From Magnetococcales bacterium (GTDB taxonomy: Bacteria; Pseudomonadota; Magnetococcia; Magnetococcales; JADFYX01): 64,000 nt of DNA. The stretch covers positions 7,389 through 71,388 of the forward strand of contig PEAM01000007.1 in NCBI GenBank assembly GCA_002753565.1. The letters are read 5' to 3'. This document shows, piece after piece, positions 25,101 to 32,604 of this stretch. Position 1 is the stretch's first letter. Each line of letters opens with the position of its first letter. Under the pieces are notes generated by a model, which ran no database searches, was not told the DNA's origin, and saw nothing but the letters and a program-made list of their open reading frames with translations. The translations under genes were made by a program, and so were the position numbers.

Positions 25101-25333
25101 GATGGGACCGACAGCATCACCGTCGTCAGGGGATAGGTAACCTGATCCTCCACAACCTGGGGAGCCTGACCGGGGTAGTCGGTTTTAATGATAACCTGTA
25201 CGTCGGAAAGATCGGGAAGGGCCTCGACAGGCAGGGATCTGACGGCATAAAACCCGGCAAGTACCACAACAGCCGCCAGCAGAAGAATGGTCAGCCGATT
25301 AAGGATAGACCAACGAATAACAGCTTGAATCAT
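22184..25333 (-). CDS. CusA/CzcA-like (HME-type) RND inner-membrane transporter, atypical TM residues
   Basis: 1049 aa. Near-colinear with E. coli CusA as recalled (ALPDLSDVQVIIKTDYPGQAPQ, GPDATGVGW, EAEYMVRATG, RYPINIRYP). 4-nt overlap with the adaptor gene. Confidence 0.9.
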   Translation of the reverse strand: MIQAVIRWSILNRLTILLLAAVVVLAGFYAVRSLPVEALPDLSDVQVIIKTDYPGQAPQVVEDQVTYPLTTVMLSVPSALTVRGYSFFGSSYVYITFADGTDPYWARSRVLEYLSQLSSRLPAEVHPTLGPDATGVGWVFQYALVDRSGQYDLSQLRSMQDWFLKFELQTVPGVSEVVTVGGMVRQYQVILDPVKMRAYNMPLAKVKEAIRNANQEIGGSVVDMAEAEYMVRATGNLKNLDDISHIPLGLSDKGIPILLSDIAELRIGPQMRRGVAELDGLGEVVGGLIVMRHGENSLNTIEGVKQKLQSLQKGLPEGVEVVTTYDRSDLIGRVLSTLKLDLLESALLVAVISFLLLLHFSSALVVAMTLLTTFLATFLLMRLTGITADTLSVGGLLLSVGMAGLSSLVMTASFHRHLESHTNRDPERMDAQAHWLMLEQTLGKVAPILLFILLLVLVASLPLLLLEAQEGKYFTPFILTQTTVLGLAVLFTLTLVPVLTGYLVKGSVLSEESHPINGTLKRFFRPTLTFLTRSPQVVLILSLVSVGLAFFPLHHLGSQFMPETDEGDLMYVPTTFPGISMGKAQQILQQTNEMIRSVPEVKQVFGKVGRTASATDSSSLALMESIIQLKPRHEWRAGMGMEEIRAALDQTVKLPGIANGWVMPIQTRVDQVATGIRTPVGIKISGVDLEVIQLIGAEIEKIIRTLPGTGSIFAERVVGGRYITVDVDRLAAAGFGLNIAGVHEIVRTAIGGMTVAYTLEGMERYPINIRYPKNVHDSVEQLKNLSIVTPGGSQISLQDVTTIRVTDGPPMIKSENARMNGWITIDVKGRDIGSFVAEAQQAVSRGVILPDGYTLSWSGHSEYLQRAKERFTLIAPVALVIILLFVSLGFRPFQSFLIIVSTLPVALVGAVWLLYFLTMPLSVAVGVGLIILSAMAVGMGGLMMTLLEDNLAKSQALALREDRTITLGDLRHGVVEGALLSLRPILSVLSALLVSLLPVLINGGGEVRILHGLVTPLLGGLVSTALFVLLVIPPAFFLWKKSLLNPSKG

Positions 25334-26607
25334 GGCTCATCTCTATGGGAAACCGCTTTGGCCTTGGTCACATGGTAGTTAGAATAGTCACCACGGATCT
25401 CTGCTGCATGCAGGCCACCGCTTAAACTGGCTTGGGAGTCGATGAGAAACTGGGCAGAGGTGACCACTTTTTCACCCTTTTCCAGCCCAGAAAGCACCTC
25501 AACCAAGCCATCGCTCTCCATACCGACACGAATGGTTCTGGCTTTAAAGCGCCCCTCTCCCAAGGCCAAAATCGTTCGTTCCCCTTTTCCGCTGCGGATA
25601 ACCGCCTCTCTTGGAATAGCCAGTACACCCTCTTTTGGCTCGCCAAAAATGGAGACTTTGGCATACATGTTGGGCTTCATCCGCTCATCAGGGTTTTCAA
25701 AACGAAGCCGCACCTTGAGGGTGCGGGTTTTGGGGGTAAGAGAGGGGTAGATATAGTCCACCCGGCCCTGCCAGGTGGTACCGGGAAGGTAGGAGAGATG
25801 GGCCTGGGCATCGGCACCCGGAACCACCCAGTCGGCTTGGCGTTCAAACACCTCTGTCTGAAGCCAGACATGGGAGAGATCGGCCAGACTCATTATGGTC
25901 ATGTTAGCCGAGACACGAATACCCTGCCGGACCAACAGCTCACTGACTATACCGTCTTGAGGGGCATAAAAAGCGACCCGGAGATAGACCCGGTTCATCT
26001 TCCGCACCCGCTCTATCTGATGTCGGTTCAGCCCCAACGATTGCAACCGAAGCTCTGCAGCACGGATCAACTGCTTGTTGCGGGTGGAGATGGCTTGCAA
26101 AAACTCCTCCTGGGCCTTGACCAGGGCGGGAGAGTAGAACTCGAACAGCAACTGTCCTTTTTTAACCCGCTCCCCCTCTGCTTGAACAGCCAGCCGCTCA
26201 ATCCAACCATCGGCCTTCAGTTGAATGTGGCTGATCTGGGTTTCGTCGAAGGAGATATATCCCACCGTATCGATACGTCTTTTCAGGTCATGGGCTTTAA
26301 CTGTGGCGGTACGAACCCCCAAATGGTTGACCATCGATGCCGAGATGGTCACATCGGCCTCAGCCAATTTTTCGTCTGGTTGCTTGTCAGACCGGCTAGA
26401 GGCCAGCAAAAGATTGGGATCTTGAGGATCGACTCGCTGAGAACCCTCCATGCCCGGTTCAGCTGACCCCATACCAGGGGTTGAGAGCGGTTGAAGTGCG
26501 TGATCCATTGTCGGTAGAAGGGATTCTGGAATGACACCCTGTCCAACCAACCAACCTCCCACTACAATTCCACCAATCAGCACTATGGTTCCTGAAACAA
26601 TCTTCAT
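25330..26607 (-). CDS. RND efflux periplasmic adaptor (CusB/CzcB-like membrane fusion protein)
   Basis: ATG at 26607 preceded by GGGGAGAGG; the track ORF extends to 26664. N-terminal anchor IVLIGGIVVGGWLVG and an MFP-type lipoyl/hairpin/barrel pattern. Confidence 0.85.
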   Translation of the reverse strand: MKIVSGTIVLIGGIVVGGWLVGQGVIPESLLPTMDHALQPLSTPGMGSAEPGMEGSQRVDPQDPNLLLASSRSDKQPDEKLAEADVTISASMVNHLGVRTATVKAHDLKRRIDTVGYISFDETQISHIQLKADGWIERLAVQAEGERVKKGQLLFEFYSPALVKAQEEFLQAISTRNKQLIRAAELRLQSLGLNRHQIERVRKMNRVYLRVAFYAPQDGIVSELLVRQGIRVSANMTIMSLADLSHVWLQTEVFERQADWVVPGADAQAHLSYLPGTTWQGRVDYIYPSLTPKTRTLKVRLRFENPDERMKPNMYAKVSIFGEPKEGVLAIPREAVIRSGKGERTILALGEGRFKARTIRVGMESDGLVEVLSGLEKGEKVVTSAQFLIDSQASLSGGLHAAEIRGDYSNYHVTKAKAVSHRDEP

Positions 26608-27090
26608 CACCTCTCCCCAGTCAACCCGACACCCCCCGGCTTGGATGACTGCCACACACAGCATAGCGCCAGGACAGGCCCCAGCCCCTCATTTCAGTTG
26701 AAGCCCCGGTAACATCTTGGTTTTTGTCGCAAACAACCCATTACATGCAATAACCATTCCAGCAATATCGAAAGTTGGAGCATCTCTCACAACCCCTATT
26801 GAAAGGGTGGTAAGAGAGGTCGATAGTGATGTTGGTGAGTGGTTGCACAGATTGCTTGTGAAAGGTACCGCAATCACCACCAATACTCAAAGGGCAACCG
26901 GTAATTTTCTTTATTTTTTTAGCTTTTTACCCTCTTTATCTCCTAGGATCAACCCAGCAATCACAAGAGCAGAGAAGATTATCGGCAGGATACCTTGCAT
27001 TGAAAAATTGAAAAGAGGTAAAACCAACGGGGTGGGAGCAGACTCTCTTTTGCTTCGTTCTGTCCACTTACCTAACTGGTATCGAATAAC

Positions 27091-28062
27091 ATGTCAGCCA
27101 AACAATCCATACGTCAACTTTTTGAAAAGGTCAGTCAGCGAATCATCGGTCAGGAGATTCTGGTCAAACGATTGATAACCGCCCTGCTTGCCGATGGGCA
27201 TCTTTTAGTGGAAGGGGCGCCCGGTCTGGCCAAAACACGGGCTATCAAGGTGTTGAGCAGCGGAATTTCGGGCGACTTTCACCGCATTCAATTCACCCCG
27301 GATCTGCTGCCAGCCGACCTGACCGGAACCGATGTCTTCCGCCCTCAAGAGGGGACCTTCCATTTTCAACCCGGCCCCCTTTTCCACCATCTTGTTCTCG
27401 CAGACGAGATCAACCGGGCGCCAGCCAAGGTACAGTCAGCCCTCCTGGAGGCCATGGGAGAGCGACAGATTACCGTGGGTTCCAAAACCTACCCCCTCCC
27501 CGATCTTTTTCTTGTCATGGCAACCCAGAACCCCATCGAGCAAGAGGGAACCCACCCCCTGCCTGAAGCACAACTGGACCGCTTCCTGATGCTGGTTCGT
27601 ATCGACTATCCCAACTTTGCCGCCGAGCAGAAGATACTCAGGCTGGTGCGAGAGGAGGCCAAACAGGGGCACCAGGATGAGAGCATCTCCTCGGGGGAGG
27701 TGGTCGATAAAGCGGTGCTTTTTACCGCCCGACAAGAGGTGCTGGCCCTGCACATGGCCGATAACCTGGAAAACTATCTGCTGCGCCTTATCATGGCCAC
27801 CCGTGATCCCAGTTGCCTGGGAAAGGAGTTTGCCCACGTTCTTCAGTACGGAGCCAGCCCTCGGGCCACCCTCGCCTTGGATCGCTGCGCCCGTGCCAAT
27901 GCCTGGCTGTCGGATCGGGATTTTGTCACCCCGGACGATATCCAGAGTCTGGCCTATGATGTGCTTCGTCACCGTATCATGCTCACCTTTGAAGCCGAAG
28001 CCGACGGTATGACGACTGACCATTTTATCAGCCAACTGCTCGAACGTATTCCGGTTCCATGA
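27091..28062 (+). CDS. MoxR-family AAA+ ATPase
   Basis: Walker A GAPGLAKT, Walker B/sensor LVLADEINRAPAKVQSALLEAM, ATQNPIEQEGTHPLPEAQLDRF. 323 aa. Confidence 0.9.
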   Translation: MSAKQSIRQLFEKVSQRIIGQEILVKRLITALLADGHLLVEGAPGLAKTRAIKVLSSGISGDFHRIQFTPDLLPADLTGTDVFRPQEGTFHFQPGPLFHHLVLADEINRAPAKVQSALLEAMGERQITVGSKTYPLPDLFLVMATQNPIEQEGTHPLPEAQLDRFLMLVRIDYPNFAAEQKILRLVREEAKQGHQDESISSGEVVDKAVLFTARQEVLALHMADNLENYLLRLIMATRDPSCLGKEFAHVLQYGASPRATLALDRCARANAWLSDRDFVTPDDIQSLAYDVLRHRIMLTFEAEADGMTTDHFISQLLERIPVP

Positions 28063-29018
28063 GCATCTCTGGTCGACTGGCACGCTCTCAACGCCGGAAC
28101 AGCTCGCCTGCCGACAGCCCCGTCGAGGTGGATCTCCAGGGGCTGATCGCCCTCCGCCGAGAGGCCAGGGGGTTTTTACTGAAACCAAACCGCATCCGCT
28201 CCTCTCAGGCCGGTCGATATATCTCTCCCTATATTGGACGAGGCATGACCTTTGCCGAAAGCCGACCCTACCAACCGGGAGATGACGTCAGACATATGGA
28301 TTGGCGGATCATGGCGCGGACCGGCAAGCCCCACTCCAAGCTGTTTCAGGAGGAACGGGAGCGGTCTATTCTGGTCTGGGTAGATTTTCGTGCCACCATG
28401 TTTTTTGCCACCCGAGGCCGGTTTAAATCGGTCCAGGCCGCCCGAGGAGCCGCCTGGATAGCCTGGGCAGCCAGACTGAACAACGACCGTATCGGCGGGC
28501 TGCTCTTCTCTGAAAACAACCACTGGGAGCTGCGGCCCCGTACCGGCGACAAAGCGGTACTGCGCTTAATCCATGCTCTGTGCGAAGGGGCGACACTCAA
28601 CCCAGGCACCCCCCCCGCCCAATCAGAGAGCAACCCCATGACCCAGGCCTTGGTCCGTCTGCGTCGTGTGACCAAACCCGGCAGCCAGATTTTTTTGCTC
28701 AGCGACTTTCGCAACCTGGACAAAACCGGAGAGGCCCATCTGCAACAGCTCTCCAAACACAATGAGATAATCCTCCTCTCCCTTTACGACCCTCTGGAAA
28801 AAGCGCTGCCGGTTGCGGGTCTCTACCCGGTGGATTTAGGTAACGGCAACCAGATACTCAACACAGCCAACCCCAACAGCCGCCGTCACTATGCCAGCCA
28901 GTTTGATCAGCGTCAGACCCACCTGGAAAACCTGAGCCGACGGCTGGCAGCAACCCAGCTCACCCTCTCCACCCAGGATGAGATTGTCTCCACCCTGCAA
29001 ACCACCTTTCAAACCTAA
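28059..29018 (+). CDS. DUF58-family protein (MoxR partner)
   Basis: 4-nt overlap with moxR. Signature YQPGDDVRHMDWRIMARTGKPHSKLFQEERE. Confidence 0.8.
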   Translation: MSISGRLARSQRRNSSPADSPVEVDLQGLIALRREARGFLLKPNRIRSSQAGRYISPYIGRGMTFAESRPYQPGDDVRHMDWRIMARTGKPHSKLFQEERERSILVWVDFRATMFFATRGRFKSVQAARGAAWIAWAARLNNDRIGGLLFSENNHWELRPRTGDKAVLRLIHALCEGATLNPGTPPAQSESNPMTQALVRLRRVTKPGSQIFLLSDFRNLDKTGEAHLQQLSKHNEIILLSLYDPLEKALPVAGLYPVDLGNGNQILNTANPNSRRHYASQFDQRQTHLENLSRRLAATQLTLSTQDEIVSTLQTTFQT

Positions 29019-29028
29019 ACCCATCATC

Positions 29029-29520
29029 ATGAATCCCACACCCAACCCACCTCTCCCCCTACACGACATCCATCTCCCCCCTCCCCTATCCTGGTGGCCT
29101 CCTGCTCCTGGCTGGTGGATGGCTGCGGCACTGGTTATCTTACTGGCATTACTGGCTCATCTGTTGGTTCGTCGCTACAAAAAGGGGGCGTTGCGGCGGG
29201 AGACTCTGGCCCACCTGGAGCAACTGCGAGAAAACTATCGGCAACAGGGGGATGGCGTAGCTCTGAGCCAACACCTTTCCATCCTCCTAAGACGGGTCGC
29301 CCTCTCTGCCCTGCCCAAAGAGCAGGTTGCCGGTCTGACCGGTGAAAAGTGGCTGCAGTTTTTGGACAACTTCAACCAACCAGATAAAAAGCAGCCCTTT
29401 CAAAAAGGGCCGGGCCGAACTCTTCTCACCGCCCCCTACCAACAACAGGTTGACCCTCAAGAGGCAGAGGCTCTACTCCTGTTGTGTCAAGAGTGGATTG
29501 AAAAACATCTGTCTAAATAG
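29029..29520 (+). CDS. DUF4381-like single-pass membrane protein
   Basis: ATG 29029; the track ORF starts at 28978, overlapping DUF58. Pro-rich N-terminus, TM helix WWMAAALVILLALLAHLLV followed by RRYKK. It occupies the usual third gene position of Bat-like MoxR operons. Confidence 0.6.
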   Translation: MNPTPNPPLPLHDIHLPPPLSWWPPAPGWWMAAALVILLALLAHLLVRRYKKGALRRETLAHLEQLRENYRQQGDGVALSQHLSILLRRVALSALPKEQVAGLTGEKWLQFLDNFNQPDKKQPFQKGPGRTLLTAPYQQQVDPQEAEALLLLCQEWIEKHLSK

Positions 29521-30085
29521 CAAGCAGCAGATCAAAACGGCTGTTGGTGTAGGATGAGGGGGGTGGAAGAAAACGGGCATTGAGAGCGGTTAAGGTCTGC
29601 AGATAGGGCTCGGCCTCCTCTGGCAGGGATGAGAGGGGTTCCGCGTGAAAAAGGGTAACCTGATGGCCACACCCCGCCAGACCCGTTGCAACCCGCAACC
29701 CTTCCACATTCTGCCTCAGCAGTAGAGCTATTTTTTTTGAACGTCGATCAGAAACATAATGGAGCGGTAAAAGAGTGTGGGGTAGAGAGAGGGTTGCATG
29801 GCTTTTGGCCACCATTCTGCCAAGATCCAACAGCCCACCCGACACCATCCCCGCCAAGGGTGCAGGCCCCTGATGCAGCCGGTGGCTATGGGCGCAATAG
29901 AACCCTTTGAGGGGTAGATGGCCTGCCACCTGTTCACCAATCAAGGCCACTCCGGTGTCGACAAAAAAAAAGTGCCGCTCCACCTGGGCTGGTAAGATCG
30001 TGTGCAGATGATCCAACCAACGCTTCAAGGGTCCATTCTGGCTGATCACCAAGGTGGCGACAGGGGAGCTTATACCCTTTGGCAT
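29513..30085 (-). CDS. DsrE/DsrF(TusD/TusC)-like sulfur-relay-fold protein (tentative)
   Basis: 190 aa. The N-half resembles DsrE (HFFFVDTGV, YCAHSHRLHQG, VSGGLLDLGRMV) and the C-half is a second DsrE/F-like unit (KKIALLLRQNVEGLRVATGLAGCGHQVTLF). The start codon overlaps the msrA stop (TGATG). Confidence 0.45.
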   Translation of the reverse strand: MPKGISSPVATLVISQNGPLKRWLDHLHTILPAQVERHFFFVDTGVALIGEQVAGHLPLKGFYCAHSHRLHQGPAPLAGMVSGGLLDLGRMVAKSHATLSLPHTLLPLHYVSDRRSKKIALLLRQNVEGLRVATGLAGCGHQVTLFHAEPLSSLPEEAEPYLQTLTALNARFLPPPSSYTNSRFDLLLAI

Positions 30086-30852
30086 CAGGAATCTTTATCG
30101 ACAATCAAGTTGGGGTTGGCCGGGTCCATGATCACCTCATCCAACGGCTTGCCAGAAAAAAGACGAACCATATCCGGCACCTGGTAATCAACCCCTCGTC
30201 CCGCTGCCACTTTTTTTTCCATGGTTGGCAGGGTCACGCCCACCCCACCAATAGAACAATAGCCCCCCGGATTTTTCGCCAGATATTGCTGATGGTAGGG
30301 TTCGGCATAGTAAAAAGGTCCCGCCGAGCAGATCTCTGTGGTAATGGTTGCCAGCCCCTTTTGCTGCAACAGCTTTTGAAAGAGCCCCTTGGTCAACTCG
30401 GCCTTAACCTGCTGGTCGGATGAGTGGGTGTAGATACCGGAGCGGTACTGGGTGCCCTGATCATTACCCTGACGCATCCCCTGGGTGGGGTCATGCTGCT
30501 CCCAAAACTGCTTCAGTAGTTGCTCATAGCTGATTTTTTGTGGATCAAAAACAACCTGCACCACTTCGTTGTGACCGGTTTTTCCCGAGCAGACCTCTTC
30601 ATAGGTTGGGTTGGGGGTGTATCCACCCATGTAGCCAACGGCGGTTGAATAGACCCCAGGCAGCATCCAAAACAGCCGTTCTGCCCCCCAAAAACAGCCC
30701 AGACCAAAATGGGCCAACTGAAGATGCGCCAAAAAAGGGGGGACAATCGGATTGCCATTGACACCATGTTCCCCCGAAACCGTCATGGGCTGCCGACGAC
30801 CAGGGAGCGCCTTGGATTTTTCTACCATTTTGTTTTTTTGAATACCAAACAT
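30085..30852 (-). CDS. msrA: Peptide-methionine (S)-S-oxide reductase MsrA with ~40-aa C-terminal extension
   Basis: [85 protein letters not shown]; almost colinear with E. coli MsrA. Confidence 0.95.
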   Translation of the reverse strand: MFGIQKNKMVEKSKALPGRRQPMTVSGEHGVNGNPIVPPFLAHLQLAHFGLGCFWGAERLFWMLPGVYSTAVGYMGGYTPNPTYEEVCSGKTGHNEVVQVVFDPQKISYEQLLKQFWEQHDPTQGMRQGNDQGTQYRSGIYTHSSDQQVKAELTKGLFQKLLQQKGLATITTEICSAGPFYYAEPYHQQYLAKNPGGYCSIGGVGVTLPTMEKKVAAGRGVDYQVPDMVRLFSGKPLDEVIMDPANPNLIVDKDS

Positions 30853-30902
30853 CGTTCCATACCACCCAAAATATCCAACATCTACTTTAACAATTAAAGA
30901 GC

Positions 30903-32570
30903 CTATTTAAACCCCTGCACCATATGAGAAAACTCCGCGATCAACACATCCAACACGGGTGGCTCAACCTGTTCCGACGCCTGCTCGGCATCCCCCTTGG
31001 CGGCGGCCGCCTTTTTGCCCTCCTGCCGGGTTTTTTCCATCCAGGCGACATACTGCTTGGCCCAATCCTTCTCTTGGGGGGTCAGCCCCCACATTCCCTG
31101 AAGATATTCCGACGTCTTTCGGTGCAGGGTTGAGACCGGGTTACGGTGGGCATGCAGCTTGGCCTCCATGGCCTGCGCCTCTTTAAGACGCCCCAACTTT
31201 TTAAGCAACCCCCCCAAAAAATCAGACTCTGAACCTGGTGGATGAATAAGCCAACGGGGAAGAGTCGGCTTGGAGAGCCCTTTTTCCAGACGGTTGATGG
31301 TATCTTGGACCACACATTTCCCAAAAAAAACAGCGGCACTTCCCGCCCCCGTCTCTGCCCACAATAGAGCAAGAGCATACTGTACATTGGGGAGAAACAG
31401 CTCTTCATCAGAAAAACAGAAGAGAGTTATGGCTCTAAAAAGGTCCGCCTCAGCCCGTTGATACTCCCCATTCAGACAGGCTAGAACAGACCGGTTATAA
31501 AGCGTAACACCCAGATCCACCCGGTTTTTATCGGCTACGTTTTCGACAATAGCGACCGAACGCTCCACCCACTCCCGAGCCTGCTTCATCTCCCCTCTTT
31601 TAACGGCGACCCAAGCGAGTTGGTTGAGAAACACCCCAGAAAAGTGGTGGTCTGGGCCGAAGTTCTCCTCTAAAATCGACAGACACTGGCTAAAAATTGT
31701 CTCGGCCTTCTGGTAGTCTTCCGTATCTGAATAGAAGTTTCCCAAAGCAAACAGGGCGGACAGAACCGAGATATGCCCCTCCCCTTTCATCTCTTTGCGG
31801 TATTTAACCACCTGCAGAAAAAGAGACTCGGCCCGCTGGTAATGTTGCAGATGAAACGCTACGATGGCTAACAGCTCCAGGGTGGTGACCACCTCGGGAG
31901 ATTCACTCACCATCATTTTACTCTCAATCTCGGTGGCTCGAAGGAGAATTTTTTCCGACTCTTCGTATTTTTCCAGCCGAATGTAGGCTCTGGCCATATT
32001 ATTCAGCACATAGGCCAGCAGGGGAGAGTTGGTCCCGACATTTTTCTCCAAAATTGTCAGGGAGTCCCGAATCATTCTCTCCGCACGAAGACCCTCCCCC
32101 ATCTCCAGCAACAGCAGGGCATAGTTGTTCAGGGTGTAGGCTGTATTGGCATCTTTGACAACACTATGTTTTCGATAGGTAGCCAACGCCTTTTCATAAA
32201 ACGCCTTGGAGGCGGGATAGTTTCGGTTGCGATAGTTGCAATAGCCGATCTCGTTGTAGATATGGGCCAGGGAGTCCAGGCGAGGAGAGCTGCTGTCGGA
32301 CTCAAATTTGGCGGAATCGGCCCATTTTTCCATGGCTTTGGTAAACTGCCCGGCATTTTGAAACTCAACGGCCTCCTTCCAGAGTGTCTCGGCCCGGCGT
32401 CGTTTCCAATCCTGAGCATCTTCCGCTTTTTCCCGGATAACAAACTTGGCGACCAACTTATTAAAGGCCGACAGCCCCATCCGAAAGAGCGTTTGGATAA
32501 ACCCAGAAAAATGATTAAGATAACCTGCCAAGAAAAGAGGCCTCCATCTGACTGAAAAAGAGGTTGTCAC
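30903..32570 (-). CDS. TPR-repeat protein
   Basis: 555 aa. Repeated ~42-aa TPR_10/12-like units ([30 protein letters not shown]; [27 protein letters not shown]; [27 protein letters not shown]). Confidence 0.8.
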   Translation of the reverse strand: MTTSFSVRWRPLFLAGYLNHFSGFIQTLFRMGLSAFNKLVAKFVIREKAEDAQDWKRRRAETLWKEAVEFQNAGQFTKAMEKWADSAKFESDSSSPRLDSLAHIYNEIGYCNYRNRNYPASKAFYEKALATYRKHSVVKDANTAYTLNNYALLLLEMGEGLRAERMIRDSLTILEKNVGTNSPLLAYVLNNMARAYIRLEKYEESEKILLRATEIESKMMVSESPEVVTTLELLAIVAFHLQHYQRAESLFLQVVKYRKEMKGEGHISVLSALFALGNFYSDTEDYQKAETIFSQCLSILEENFGPDHHFSGVFLNQLAWVAVKRGEMKQAREWVERSVAIVENVADKNRVDLGVTLYNRSVLACLNGEYQRAEADLFRAITLFCFSDEELFLPNVQYALALLWAETGAGSAAVFFGKCVVQDTINRLEKGLSKPTLPRWLIHPPGSESDFLGGLLKKLGRLKEAQAMEAKLHAHRNPVSTLHRKTSEYLQGMWGLTPQEKDWAKQYVAWMEKTRQEGKKAAAAKGDAEQASEQVEPPVLDVLIAEFSHMVQGFK

Positions 32571-32604
32571 CCCCGCCTACTATTCACCAAAACAGGGTGA
32601 AAGT

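Noticed and set aside
25432-26466. 344-aa plus-strand ORF antisense to the membrane-fusion protein
   Set aside because: Same reasoning: no recognisable domain and biased composition, while the minus strand carries the adaptor gene with an RBS and operon context.
26689-27175. Small ORFs in the efflux/MoxR intergenic gap (26689-26883 minus, 64 aa; 26717-27175 plus, 152 aa), considered as a CusF-like chaperone or a regulator
   Set aside because: There is no signal peptide with Met/His metal motifs and no HTH. The 152-aa ORF overlaps the well-supported moxR start. There is no RBS.
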